Below, piece by piece: positions 27,198-36,393 of a DNA stretch of 64,000 nucleotides. A model generated the notes under the pieces. That model was not told the origin of the DNA. It saw only the letters and a list, made by a program, of their open reading frames with translations, and did not search any database. The stretch is from an uncultured bacterium (GTDB lineage Bacteria; Edwardsbacteria; AC1; EtOH8), in NCBI GenBank assembly GCA_963780225.1, contig CAWAAX010000003.1:24193-88192 (forward strand), in the 5' to 3' direction. The position numbers and the translations under genes were made by a program. Numbering within the stretch: position 1 is the stretch's first letter; every line of letters starts with the position of its first letter.

Positions 27198-27240
27198 GCC
27201 AAAACAGTAATGATTGAAATGCTGTTTTGGCTTTTCTTTT
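27198..27240 (+). terminator. Intrinsic terminator
   Basis: GCCAAAACAG (27198-27207) pairs with CTGTTTTGGC (27222-27231), followed by TTTTCTTTTT. Confidence 0.7.
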
Positions 27241-27243
27241 TGC

Positions 27244-27272
27244 TTGTAATTAGGGCTTAAATTATATACAAT
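27244..27272 (+). promoter_or_regulatory. Sigma70-like promoter (TTGTAA-17-TACAAT) for the SET-domain gene
   Basis: TTGTAA at 27244-27249, a 17-nt spacer, TACAAT at 27267-27272; this argues against the track start at 27272. Confidence 0.55.
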
Positions 27273-27313
27273 TGCAGCAACATTCAAACCACTACCAATC
27301 GAAAGCAGTACTG

Positions 27314-27862
27314 ATGTTAGCTCCGCTATTCGCAGTGAAAAAAATAAAGAACAAAGGCCAGGGTCTTTTCGCCAGGGAATTCATTCCCCGGGGAACCATA
27401 GTGTTCTTTGAATGCCATAATTGCAAAGCGACGTCCAAAGCCACTTTCCAAAAACTTTCCCCCGCCCAAAAGGAGAAGCTGCTATTCCATGCCTACACCG
27501 TCAAGGACGGCTCGGTGGTGATGCCCTGTGGCGACTCCAAGTACATGAACCACTGCTGTGACTCCAACATCCTGGATACCGGGAAGGGATACGACATCGT
27601 GGTCCGGGACATCAAAAAAGGCGAGGAGGCCACCTACGACTACCGGGTCTTTTATGACCAGGACTGGGGCTTCCAGTGCGCCTGCGGCTCCAAGAACTGT
27701 TGCGGCACCTTCCGCTGCCAGCACCCTCTGCCCAAAGGGGTGCGGGCCTGGTGGGACAAGAAGATCAAGCCGGCCCAAAAACTGATCGGCAAAGTCCCCC
27801 AGCCGCTAAAAAAAGATCTGGTCAAGCATGAGCCAAAACACACGAGGCTATTTCATTCCTAA
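27314..27862 (+). CDS. SET-domain protein (putative protein lysine methyltransferase)
   Basis: KYMNHCCDSN (NHSCxPN-like), GEEATYDY (ELxxDY-like) and the post-SET motif CACGSKNC. Confidence 0.8.
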   Translation: MLAPLFAVKKIKNKGQGLFAREFIPRGTIVFFECHNCKATSKATFQKLSPAQKEKLLFHAYTVKDGSVVMPCGDSKYMNHCCDSNILDTGKGYDIVVRDIKKGEEATYDYRVFYDQDWGFQCACGSKNCCGTFRCQHPLPKGVRAWWDKKIKPAQKLIGKVPQPLKKDLVKHEPKHTRLFHS

Positions 27863-27870
27863 TACTTTTT

Positions 27871-27917
27871 AACCTCTCCCTTCCCCTCCCCTCGAGGGGA
27901 GGGCAGGGTGGGGTTAC
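27871..27917. repeat. REP-like GC-rich palindrome (CCTCCCCTCGAGGGGAGG core)
   Basis: Near-perfect hairpin centred on CTCGAG; a sister copy lies at 43382-43427 and a related element at 34901-34935. Confidence 0.65.
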
Positions 27918-27923
27918 TAAAAA

Positions 27924-28166
27924 ATGCAGACAGAAATAAATGTTATGCTCTTAAACATAAAGATCGTTCCCAATGCCAAGGCCGAAAAGCTGGTAAAAGA
28001 AGCCGACCGCTACAAGGTCTACGTAACCGCCCCGGCGGTGGACGGCAAGGCCAATCAAAGACTGGTGGAGTTCCTGGCCGGGCATTTCAAGGTCAGAAAA
28101 ACAGCCGTCACCATCCTAAGGGGCCAGACCTCGCGGCTGAAAGTGGTGGAGATAAAAACCGAATGA
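27924..28166 (+). CDS. DUF167 (YggU-like) protein
   Basis: IKIVPNAKAEKL...VYVTAPAVDGKANQRLVEFLA...ILRGQTSRLKVVEI matches the DUF167 pattern. Confidence 0.8.
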   Translation: MQTEINVMLLNIKIVPNAKAEKLVKEADRYKVYVTAPAVDGKANQRLVEFLAGHFKVRKTAVTILRGQTSRLKVVEIKTE

Positions 28167-28693
28167 AGACCATCAAGTATTCCCGGATCATATTGACCGG
28201 CTTGACCCTGATGGATGCAGGCTTCATCCTGCTCAGCGGGTTCATCATGCAAAGCCCGGTCCTGCTGATCAAGCTTCTGGGGATCATAGTTCTGTTTGCC
28301 GCCACCATGGGCGCTGCCCTGATCAGCCGGGAGTGGGTGCGCCCTTCTCAGGTCCAGTTACAGGATGATGAGGTCATCGTGCAATGGAACAACTGGGAAC
28401 TGCGGGGCAGGGTAACAGAGAAACAAATTACCGGACAAAAACCAAAATGCTTAAGGCTCAAAGTAACCGGACACAAGATTATAGTGTACCCGGTGGGGCC
28501 GATGTTCATTTTGGCCGGTCTTTTGATTGATCTTCTGCGGAAGCGTCTGCCCCGGCTGCTGGACAGAACTTTCTTTTATAATCGTGATAAACTGGCCTCA
28601 CAATTGTCTTCTGGTCCGGAAACCGCAGAATTCGTGCTTAACATTCCGGTGATATTGTTTGGGAAAAGAAAGGTGAAAAAATGGCTTGGCTGA
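28163..28693 (+). CDS. Small membrane protein, unknown function
   Basis: The ATG overlaps the DUF167 stop (ATGA). There are two N-terminal TM helices and one later. The upstream part of track ORF 27908-28693 overlaps DUF167 out of frame and is discounted. Confidence 0.5.
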   Translation: MKTIKYSRIILTGLTLMDAGFILLSGFIMQSPVLLIKLLGIIVLFAATMGAALISREWVRPSQVQLQDDEVIVQWNNWELRGRVTEKQITGQKPKCLRLKVTGHKIIVYPVGPMFILAGLLIDLLRKRLPRLLDRTFFYNRDKLASQLSSGPETAEFVLNIPVILFGKRKVKKWLG

Positions 28694-30036
28694 AAAACAT
28701 CTTCCAAAGGGCCAGACCCCTGGCCCCCGGGCTGTACCACTACCGGGGACAGGAGGGTGGCCGGTTCTTCCGGCTGCACCTGCGGATAGAGCCCGATGCC
28801 CGGGGGGTGCTGGTGATCAACGCCTCCAAGATCCTGCACCTTAACCAGACAGCGGCCGAGCTAGCCAAGCACATCATAGAAGGCGACGACGCCAAAACAG
28901 CGGCGGAGCAGATGAAACAGCGCTACCGGGGGGTCAAGCCGGCGGCGCTGGAGAACGATTTCAACCAGCTGAAGCAGAAGATCTTTGCCCTGGCCTCCAC
29001 CGATGATATCTGCCCGGTGACCTATCTGGACATCAACCGGATCGAGCCCTTCGAGACCCCGGTCAGCGCGCCCTACCGGATGGACCTGGCCCTGACCTAC
29101 AAATGCAACGACGCCTGCAGCCACTGCTACCTGCCCAAGGACCGGATGCCCCAGGAACTCACCGCCCAGCAGTGGAAACAGATCCTGTCGAAATTGTGGG
29201 ATACCGGGATCCCCCACGTCTGCTTCACCGGTGGCGAGGCCACCCTAAGGCCGGACCTGGTTGACCTGATCGCCTATGCCGAGGAGACCGGCCTGGTGAC
29301 AGGGCTTTTGACCAACGGCCGGAAACTGAAGGACAAAAAACTGGTCAAACAGATGACCGAAGCCGGGCTGGACCATTTCCAGATCACATTGGAATCGCAC
29401 CTGGCCTCGGTTCACGACAAGATGGTGGGCAGCAAGGAAGCTTTTGAGGACACGGTCAAGGGGATAAAGAATGCTGTGGCTTCGCCGGTCTACACCATCA
29501 CCAATACCACCCTGACCAGGCTCAACGCCAAGGGCATGGAGAAGACCATGGAATTCCTCAAAAAACTGGGGATCACCACCATGGCCTGCAACGGGCTGAT
29601 CTACTCCGGCCAGGGCGCCTCCTGCGGCCTGGGCTTCACCGAAGCGGAGCTGGTGCCGCTGATGGAACGGATCCGGGAAAAGGCCCGGAAACTGGACCTC
29701 AAACTCATCTGGTACACGCCCACCCAGTACTGCCAGCTGGACCCGGTGAACCTGGAGCTGGGGGTCAAGACCTGCACCGCCGCCCGTTACAACATGTGCG
29801 TGGAGCCGGACGGCTCGGTCATCCCCTGCCAGAGCTACTTTGCCCCGCTGGGGAACCTCCTGACCGACAAGTGGGAGAAGATCTGGAACGCCAAGCCGGC
29901 GGTGGATCTCCGTAATAAGGCATATCTGATGGACAAGTGCAAGGGGTGCCAGAAACTGCCGCTGTGCGGAGGGGGATGTCCGATATACAATAACCAGAAC
30001 GAGGTGCTGTGCGTGGACAGCAAGTCCAACGGGTAA
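28681..30036 (+). CDS. Radical SAM/SPASM protein with an N-terminal PqqD-like (RRE) domain
   Basis: CNDACSHC (CX3CX2C). C-terminal SPASM cysteines are CTAARYNMCVEPDGSVIPC and CKGCQKLPLCGGGC. The N-terminal roughly 100 aa (VLVINASKILHLNQTAAELAKHIIEGDD...) resemble PqqD/RRE. Confidence 0.85.
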   Translation: MAWLKNIFQRARPLAPGLYHYRGQEGGRFFRLHLRIEPDARGVLVINASKILHLNQTAAELAKHIIEGDDAKTAAEQMKQRYRGVKPAALENDFNQLKQKIFALASTDDICPVTYLDINRIEPFETPVSAPYRMDLALTYKCNDACSHCYLPKDRMPQELTAQQWKQILSKLWDTGIPHVCFTGGEATLRPDLVDLIAYAEETGLVTGLLTNGRKLKDKKLVKQMTEAGLDHFQITLESHLASVHDKMVGSKEAFEDTVKGIKNAVASPVYTITNTTLTRLNAKGMEKTMEFLKKLGITTMACNGLIYSGQGASCGLGFTEAELVPLMERIREKARKLDLKLIWYTPTQYCQLDPVNLELGVKTCTAARYNMCVEPDGSVIPCQSYFAPLGNLLTDKWEKIWNAKPAVDLRNKAYLMDKCKGCQKLPLCGGGCPIYNNQNEVLCVDSKSNG

Positions 30037-30135
30037 AATATCTGAGGCACTTTCTTTATTAGGAAAATGAACTGTCTTTGGAGTGGAAGGGAAGAGAGTT
30101 CCTCTAAAAAACATAAATATTCTAAAATACTATCC

Positions 30136-30693
30136 ATGGAACCGACCCTGACTACCGGGCGGCTCATCATTAAGCCGCATAACTTGGCTGATGCCGAAGC
30201 GATGAACCGTTGGGCCAACGATCAGGAGCTGTGCTATTGCAGTGACGACCAGCCCGGTTCGTCCGTGCCTGAAACAATTGAGGAAACCCGGCGCTACCTT
30301 GAGCGGGTTACAACCAGGCCGGGCAACAATATTATCCGCTGGGGCATCCACCGCGCGGAGGACGAGATGCTCATCGGCTTTTGCATGATTGCTTACATCG
30401 ACCGGCATAATCGGAGATGCAAAATAGGGTTGACCATCGGGGAGAAGACGGCCTGGGGCAAGGGTTACGGCAGGGAAGTTCTTGAAGCGATGATATCCCA
30501 TTGTTTCAAAACTCTTGATATGAACCGCATCGGAGCCGAGATATATGCGTTTAATGAACGTTCTATCCGCTTATTCGAGAGGGCGGGATTCAGCCGTGAG
30601 GGGATCATTCGGCAGAGCGTGATGAAGAATGGCCGGTACGAGGATGAATACGTGTATGGCCTGCTACGTGATGAATGGCGCCGGGAAACATAG
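30136..30693 (+). CDS. GNAT-family N-acetyltransferase (RimJ/RimL-like)
   Basis: LIIKPHNLADAEAM..., WGKGYGREVLEAMISHCF and RLFERAGF are motif A/B-type blocks; I chose the start at the internal ATG (MEPTL). Confidence 0.8.
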   Translation: MEPTLTTGRLIIKPHNLADAEAMNRWANDQELCYCSDDQPGSSVPETIEETRRYLERVTTRPGNNIIRWGIHRAEDEMLIGFCMIAYIDRHNRRCKIGLTIGEKTAWGKGYGREVLEAMISHCFKTLDMNRIGAEIYAFNERSIRLFERAGFSREGIIRQSVMKNGRYEDEYVYGLLRDEWRRET

Positions 30694-30749
30694 TGCGGTT
30701 CGGCAACGGGTAGAGCATAGTTCATCAGTTCGCGCATCCGGTGTCTGCG

Positions 30750-30779
30750 GGTTACAGCACAGAACGAAGTGCTGTAACC
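30750..30779. repeat. Perfect 11-bp hairpin between convergent genes
   Basis: GGTTACAGCAC (30750-30760) pairs with GTGCTGTAACC (30769-30779). Confidence 0.6.
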
Positions 30780-30799
30780 ATAATCCTCCCGGCGGAAAC

Positions 30800-30832
30800 A
30801 AAAAAGGTGCGATCAACAACGCACCTTTTTTG
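30800..30832. terminator. Bidirectional intrinsic terminator
   Basis: AAAAAGGTGCG...CGCACCTTTTTT between the convergent GNAT (+) and TPR (-) genes. Confidence 0.7.
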
Positions 30833-30860
30833 TATTCCTCTTAAAGACATAGTAACTATT

Positions 30861-33800
30861 TTATGCCGAAGCCTCCAGCGCGGTAGAACGCTGCCCCAGT
30901 TCTTTTAACACTGCCAAGCCCGAAGCCTGCTCCATCCGGCGCTTGACCTCCCGGAAATCAGTCTGGTCCAGGTAGATCATCCGGTAGGCCGCCACCGCGG
31001 CGGCGTAGTTCCCCAAAGACTCATAGCACTGCCCCAGCAGATAGCAGACGTCCATCTGAAAACGGCTGAAGGGGTGTTCTGAAAGGGGAACTGCCCGCAA
31101 GACCTCCAGGGCCGAAACCGCCTCGCCCCGGCCCAAAAAAGCCCGGGCCATCAAAAGCAACCGGCGGCCGGCGGTCTCCTTGTCCTGAGGCTTAAAGGCC
31201 AGCAGATTGAGGGCGGTGTCGTGCTTGCCCACCCCTAAAAGTTTTCCGGCCAGATCCAATTTGCGGAATTCGTCGTCCGGGGCCTCCTGCAGGGCCTGAT
31301 AAGATTTGTCCACCTCTACCTGCATCCGGCGCACGTTGAACCGGCGCATGGCCCGGAAAATCTCGTTAGAGTCTGGATTCAACTGCCGCACCTGGTCCAT
31401 GATCTTCTCGGCCTTTTCTTCCTGCCGCAGGGCCAGATGGCTTTCGGCCAGGTAAAAAAGGGCCCGCGTCTTGCGCTCGGGGTCTTCCACCATTTTGACG
31501 GCCCCGGAAAGCAGGTCCCTGGCCTGGGGGAATTTCCCCATCTCAAAATATATAACCCCCAGGGCTTCGTAAATCTCCGGCAGGTCAGGATGCTGGGTCA
31601 TCATCCTTTCGATGGCGGCGGCGGCCACCACCCGGCGAGCCGGGTCAAGTTCCGAAACCCGAACCAGCCCGGCAATGGATGATTTGATGTCGCCCGATTC
31701 GGCTAAAAGCCGGGCCCGGAAGAATATAACTTCCGTCTGGTTGGGATTTTGCTCCAAGATTCCATTCAAGGATTCCAGCACTTTAGGCCGGTCCTCGGGA
31801 CGCAGTTTGGCCACGGCTTCGAACTCCATCAGGGCCAGGTCATAGCGGCCTGCCCGGACCTGAAGTTGGGCCAAGAGGTAGCGGGCCGGGGCAATCTGGG
31901 GGAACTGGTCAATGATGGCCTGGAGCCTGGCGGAAACCTCAGCCGATTGTTCTTCAGATATCTCCAGTATCTGCCGCAGCATTTCCACGCTCTGCTCGGA
32001 GGCCTTCCGCTGGGCATAAATCCGGGACAGCAGATAGAGTCCGGCTATATTTTCCTTATCCCGCTGCAGTACCTGGCGCAGGAGCCCGATGGCCGGTTCG
32101 GCCAGTCCTTCCTCACGAGCCAAGGCCTGTTCCAAAAGATCTACGACCTCCTCCAGGGAGTTTTTCAACACCAGTGATTTGGCCAAGGCCATTTTCACCT
32201 GGGGTTGGTCCGGGTTTTTGGCCAGCATCTGCCGGTAAAGGGCTATCACCTGGTCGGTGATGGCCGGGGCCAGTTCCAGGGCCTGGCTTAAGGCGGAGGC
32301 GGCGGGTCCGAAATTTTGCAACACCATATTGATCTGGGCGTCGGCCAGCAGGGCCCGATGATTGGCCGGGTCGGCGGTCTGGATATCCTTGATGTCCGCC
32401 AATATCTTTTCGGCCCAGCGCGGTTCCCGCTGGGTCACAAACAGCAGTTCGTCCAGGGACCGGTCATATTGACCGAGGTGCAGCAGAACCTTGGCCCGGG
32501 CATAATGGCCTGGAAGGCTGGTGTCGTCTATCTCCAACAGTTTTTTTAAATTCAGCAAAACCTCTTCCGAGAGGGCCCCGTCCAGCTCCGAAGCTTTCAT
32601 TAATCCGCCGCCGGCCTTGGTCAGCTCGCCTTTTTCCAGATAGATCTGTCCCAGACGCAGGTAGGCTTTGGCTGATCCGGTCCCGGGCCACTTGGCTACT
32701 ATGATATTTGCCTGATCAAAGGCCTTTTCCAAAAACCGTTGCTGATATAGCAACTCCATCTGCAACAGGTTCAGTTGCAGGTCATCGGGTTGCTGCCGCA
32801 GGAGCTCCTGCAGTTTAAGGCTGACCTGGGGCAGCAGGGATCTGTCGCTGGAAGCAGCCGCCAGCAGGGCGGCGGCCATGGGCGCCGGTTCGGCGTCGCG
32901 CTGGTGCATTTCCGCCAGGGCCAGCTGCAGCGGTCCGGATTGGGGAAAATCGCGGGACAATTCCAGCAGGGAATTTTTGGCGGCAGAGGAAACTTCCGAC
33001 TGCTGGTGGAGCTTGAGAAACAAGGCGTATGCCGCCGGCTGATCATCCGACCTGGTCCAGGCCGCGGCTTTGACCAGCTGGACGGCAGGCTGGTCCTGCC
33101 CCTGTTGTTCCAGGCTTTGGCAGAGCATGGCCAGGTTCTGGTTGAATTGGGGGCCGGCCTGGGGCGAAACAGAATCCAGCAATGGCAGGAATTCCGGCCA
33201 GCCGGCGGGGTTTCTTTTTGCCAGCTCGGCGCCCAGCATCGCCACTTCCGCCAGCTTTTTGTTTTTTATGAAAACCTCCAGCAGCGGGATGGCCAGGGAC
33301 TGGTCAAACTCTTTGGCCAGCAGGCCCTGTATTTTGGACAAGGATCTTTCCCGCCATTCACTCCCCAGGCCGGCCAGGTACTGGTAAACCCTGGCCCCCT
33401 TCAGTTTTTCCCGCCTCAAGAGATAACATTCGGCCAGATATTCCAAAGCTAAAGGCTGGTCCAGGTTTTTGTCCAGAAGACCGTTGAGTTTTTCCAGGGC
33501 TAGATCCACCATAGTGGCGTCCTTGGAAACCATCTCCTTAAGCGATTTTACGACCTGATCGGCCTGGCCGGCCGCGGAATAGGCATCTATGATCCGGGTG
33601 GCGGCCTCCAGATTTCCAGGGGATTTGCCTAATATCTGGTGATAGCGGTCAAGGACTTGATCCAACATTTCCGGGGCCATTTCGGCCACCCGGGCAAAGG
33701 AACTCATGGCCAGATCGGGTTTGGCGGCCTCCAGGGCGCAATCTCCCAGGAACATGTAGCCATCGGTGTTTTGGGGATCCAGTTTCAGAATCTCCCGCAA

Positions 33801-34706
33801 ATGCGCCAGGATGGTCTCCCGATGTCTCTGGTCAAGCTTCCACAGTTTTTTAGCCGCCGCCAGTCCCGGCAATGCCTGCTGTATTTTTAGGTAGAGCTGG
33901 ATAATCAGAGCCAGGGCGTCTATGTTTGCAGGTTCTTTTTCCAAGAAGTCCTTCAACCGGTCTATCACCGGCTGGGGGTTCTGACCTTTGGCCGCTTCGG
34001 AATAAAGCTCCAAGGCTTTTTCTGTCTGGCCGGTCTTGATCAGCACGTCGCCGTACCGCATGGCCACTTCGGTCACCCCGGTCCCGGAGGCGGCGATCTG
34101 GAAAGCAGCTTCGTTCACATTGGGATGCTCATCCGGAGACTGGACCGCCACCGAGTCCAGCAGATCGAAGGCCGGCAGGGGCTGTTCCTTGCGGTAGTAT
34201 AAAAGGGACAAACTCAGAAGCACACCCATGTCCTTGGCCCTGGTTCCGGCCGGCTTGGCCGGCCCCTGATAGCGATCTAAGGATTCTTTGATCTTCCCGT
34301 AGCGGGAAAGCATGCTGTCGATATCCCGGTCGGCCAAAACCTTAAGAATTTTAGTAGCCGGTTCGATATTACGCCGGGAGACATTCATCTCGAAGGCCAG
34401 ATCCCCCAGATCGGAGGAGCGGTTTCCGTTATAAAAAAGATCTTCGGCCGTTTCCAGCACTTCCTTGGAACGGGCCGGAGCCAGGCTGATGGCGTTCTTA
34501 AGGACGGAGGCGGCATCCCGGCCTTTTTCGTCGGCCTGATGGGCCCCGGCCAGGGCCAAAAGCAGCTCAAAGTCCTCGGTATTGTTCTTGAGTCCCGAGG
34601 CCAGCAGCTCAGCCGCCTTGCCGGGCTTGCCTTCGGTCCTCAGCTTGTCGGCTTTCTGTAGTATCTGCTCTTTGGAAAGCAGGAAAAAATCGGCTAAGGG
34701 AGACAT
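30861..34706 (-). CDS. Very large TPR-repeat protein
   Basis: 1281-aa ORF composed almost entirely of TPR-like helical repeats (recurrent A..Y/L..A...P motifs). Confidence 0.8.
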   Translation of the reverse strand: MSPLADFFLLSKEQILQKADKLRTEGKPGKAAELLASGLKNNTEDFELLLALAGAHQADEKGRDAASVLKNAISLAPARSKEVLETAEDLFYNGNRSSDLGDLAFEMNVSRRNIEPATKILKVLADRDIDSMLSRYGKIKESLDRYQGPAKPAGTRAKDMGVLLSLSLLYYRKEQPLPAFDLLDSVAVQSPDEHPNVNEAAFQIAASGTGVTEVAMRYGDVLIKTGQTEKALELYSEAAKGQNPQPVIDRLKDFLEKEPANIDALALIIQLYLKIQQALPGLAAAKKLWKLDQRHRETILAHLREILKLDPQNTDGYMFLGDCALEAAKPDLAMSSFARVAEMAPEMLDQVLDRYHQILGKSPGNLEAATRIIDAYSAAGQADQVVKSLKEMVSKDATMVDLALEKLNGLLDKNLDQPLALEYLAECYLLRREKLKGARVYQYLAGLGSEWRERSLSKIQGLLAKEFDQSLAIPLLEVFIKNKKLAEVAMLGAELAKRNPAGWPEFLPLLDSVSPQAGPQFNQNLAMLCQSLEQQGQDQPAVQLVKAAAWTRSDDQPAAYALFLKLHQQSEVSSAAKNSLLELSRDFPQSGPLQLALAEMHQRDAEPAPMAAALLAAASSDRSLLPQVSLKLQELLRQQPDDLQLNLLQMELLYQQRFLEKAFDQANIIVAKWPGTGSAKAYLRLGQIYLEKGELTKAGGGLMKASELDGALSEEVLLNLKKLLEIDDTSLPGHYARAKVLLHLGQYDRSLDELLFVTQREPRWAEKILADIKDIQTADPANHRALLADAQINMVLQNFGPAASALSQALELAPAITDQVIALYRQMLAKNPDQPQVKMALAKSLVLKNSLEEVVDLLEQALAREEGLAEPAIGLLRQVLQRDKENIAGLYLLSRIYAQRKASEQSVEMLRQILEISEEQSAEVSARLQAIIDQFPQIAPARYLLAQLQVRAGRYDLALMEFEAVAKLRPEDRPKVLESLNGILEQNPNQTEVIFFRARLLAESGDIKSSIAGLVRVSELDPARRVVAAAAIERMMTQHPDLPEIYEALGVIYFEMGKFPQARDLLSGAVKMVEDPERKTRALFYLAESHLALRQEEKAEKIMDQVRQLNPDSNEIFRAMRRFNVRRMQVEVDKSYQALQEAPDDEFRKLDLAGKLLGVGKHDTALNLLAFKPQDKETAGRRLLLMARAFLGRGEAVSALEVLRAVPLSEHPFSRFQMDVCYLLGQCYESLGNYAAAVAAYRMIYLDQTDFREVKRRMEQASGLAVLKELGQRSTALEASA

Positions 34707-34900
34707 GGTACAAAAGCTCCGTAAAGGGTGGAATTTATCATTTGATCATCGGCCTTCAAGCCTATGTCTAACATTTAAACTTAACACAAGCCTATTTTAA
34801 AGTCAAGGATAAATCGAGAATTTATTAAAATAAAAAAGGGAGTGAACTCAACCCTACTTCGTCAGCCTAATGCAAGCCTTTCTCAGTGCTGGCTTTCACT

Positions 34901-34935
34901 TCCCCTTCTCTTGATAAGAGAAGGGGCGGGGGATG
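34901..34935. repeat. REP-like palindrome (CCCCTTCTCTT-GAT-AAGAGAAGGGG)
   Basis: An 11-bp perfect stem; related in style to the elements at 27871 and 43382. Confidence 0.55.
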
Positions 34936-34976
34936 AGTTATAAATGATTCCTTCGCTGTAGTCCAAACCATAAAGT

Positions 34977-35012
34977 AAAAAAGGAAGCCCGAAAGGTATT
35001 TCGGGCTTCCTT
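34977..35012 (-). terminator. Intrinsic terminator of the kbl-like gene
   Basis: GGAAGCCCGAAA...TTCGGGCTTCC stem followed by a T-run on the minus strand. Confidence 0.7.
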
Positions 35013-35035
35013 ACCTGAAAATCAAACTTATCCGG

Positions 35036-36217
35036 TCAGATCAACCCCAGCTCTTTTCCGGCGGCCCGGAATTCTTCCAGCACCCGGTCCAGCTGGGCAT
35101 CGGTGTGGGCGGCCGAAAAACTGGTGCGGATCATCTCCCTGCCCTCGGGGACGGCCGGGGACATCACCGGGTTGGCGAAGATGCCGTGGTCCATCAGATG
35201 CTTCCAGAAGGCGAAGGCCTTTTCCCGCGAGCCGATCATCAGCGGGATGATGGGGGTGCAGGCCGATCCGGTGTCGTAACCCAGGTCCTTGAAGCCCTTC
35301 AGCATCTTGTCGGTGTTGTGCCAGAGTTTCTTGAGCAGTTCCGGCTCGTCCTGCAGCACGTCCACCGCCGCCGAGACGGCCGCGGTCAGGGCCGGGGGCA
35401 GGGCGGCCGAGAAGATCATGCTCCGGGCAAAATGCTTGACGTAGTCGATCACCTCAAAATCCCCGGCCACCACACCGCCGATGGCGGCGAAGCTCTTGGA
35501 GAAAGTGCCCATGATCAGGTCGGTCTCCTTCTCCAGGCCAAAATGCTCGGCGGTGCCCCGGCCGTGGGCTCCCAGAACCCCCAGGGCGTGGGCGTCGTCC
35601 ACCAGCAGCCGGGCTCCGTGCTTTTGGCAGACCTTGATGATGCCGGGCAGGTCGGCGATGTCGCCCTCCATGCTGTATACTCCGTCCACGATCACCATCT
35701 TTCCCTTGCCGTGGTCCAGGCCCTGCAGCACCCGGTCCAGGCTCTGGGCGTCGTTGTGCTGGAAGCGGCGCATCGGTGAATAGGAAAGGCGGCAGCCGTC
35801 CAGGATGGAGGCGTGGTCGTATTTGTCGGTGATCAGGATGTCGTCTTTTGTTCCCAGGCAGGAGATGACCCCCAGGTTGGTCTGCATCCCGGTGGAGAAG
35901 ACCAGGGCCGCCTGCTTGTTCAAAAATTTGGCCAGTTTGGCCTCCAGCTGGTTGTGCATGTCCAAGGTTCCGGTTAAAAAGCGGGAGCCGGTGCAGCCGG
36001 TGCCGAATTTCTCGATGGCCTTGATGGCCGCCTCCTTGACCCGGGGATGGGTGGTCAGGCCCAGGTAGTTGTTGGAACCGATCATGATCATCTTCTTGCC
36101 GTCGATGATCACCTCCGGCTCCTGGGCCGAGGACAGGGGGTGGAAATAGGGGTAAAGACCGGCATCCCGGGCGTCCCGGGCATCGGTGAAGTCAACGCAT
36201 TTTTTGAAGATATCCAT
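35036..36217 (-). CDS. Alpha-oxoamine synthase family PLP enzyme (Kbl / BioF / serine palmitoyltransferase-like)
   Basis: 393 aa with the PLP-lysine block GTFSKSFAAIGG and DDAHALG; the subfamily cannot be resolved by eye. Confidence 0.8.
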   Translation of the reverse strand: MDIFKKCVDFTDARDARDAGLYPYFHPLSSAQEPEVIIDGKKMIMIGSNNYLGLTTHPRVKEAAIKAIEKFGTGCTGSRFLTGTLDMHNQLEAKLAKFLNKQAALVFSTGMQTNLGVISCLGTKDDILITDKYDHASILDGCRLSYSPMRRFQHNDAQSLDRVLQGLDHGKGKMVIVDGVYSMEGDIADLPGIIKVCQKHGARLLVDDAHALGVLGAHGRGTAEHFGLEKETDLIMGTFSKSFAAIGGVVAGDFEVIDYVKHFARSMIFSAALPPALTAAVSAAVDVLQDEPELLKKLWHNTDKMLKGFKDLGYDTGSACTPIIPLMIGSREKAFAFWKHLMDHGIFANPVMSPAVPEGREMIRTSFSAAHTDAQLDRVLEEFRAAGKELGLI

Positions 36218-36358
36218 TAAAAAAACCTTTAAAAAGATTAAACGCTGTTTTTAATTATACAATAATGAGGCATTTTTTACAAGGGAGAAGAAGTAAAAGC
36301 TCATCGTTTTGATGAGCTTTTACTAAATTGTAAGAGAACAAATATTTTAAAATTTATC

Positions 36359-36387
36359 TTGACAAACTGGCCCTTCGGCATTATAAT
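36359..36387 (+). promoter_or_regulatory. Consensus sigma70 promoter (TTGACA-17-TATAAT) with no downstream CDS
   Basis: TTGACA at 36359-36364, a 17-nt spacer, TATAAT at 36382-36387. Confidence 0.65.
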
Positions 36388-36393
36388 TCAAAT

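Noticed and set aside
27908-28162. N-terminal 85 aa of track ORF 27908-28693
   Set aside because: It overlaps the DUF167 gene out of frame and is highly basic and low-complexity. The internal ATG at 28163 overlaps the DUF167 stop (ATGA) and begins the hydrophobic protein.
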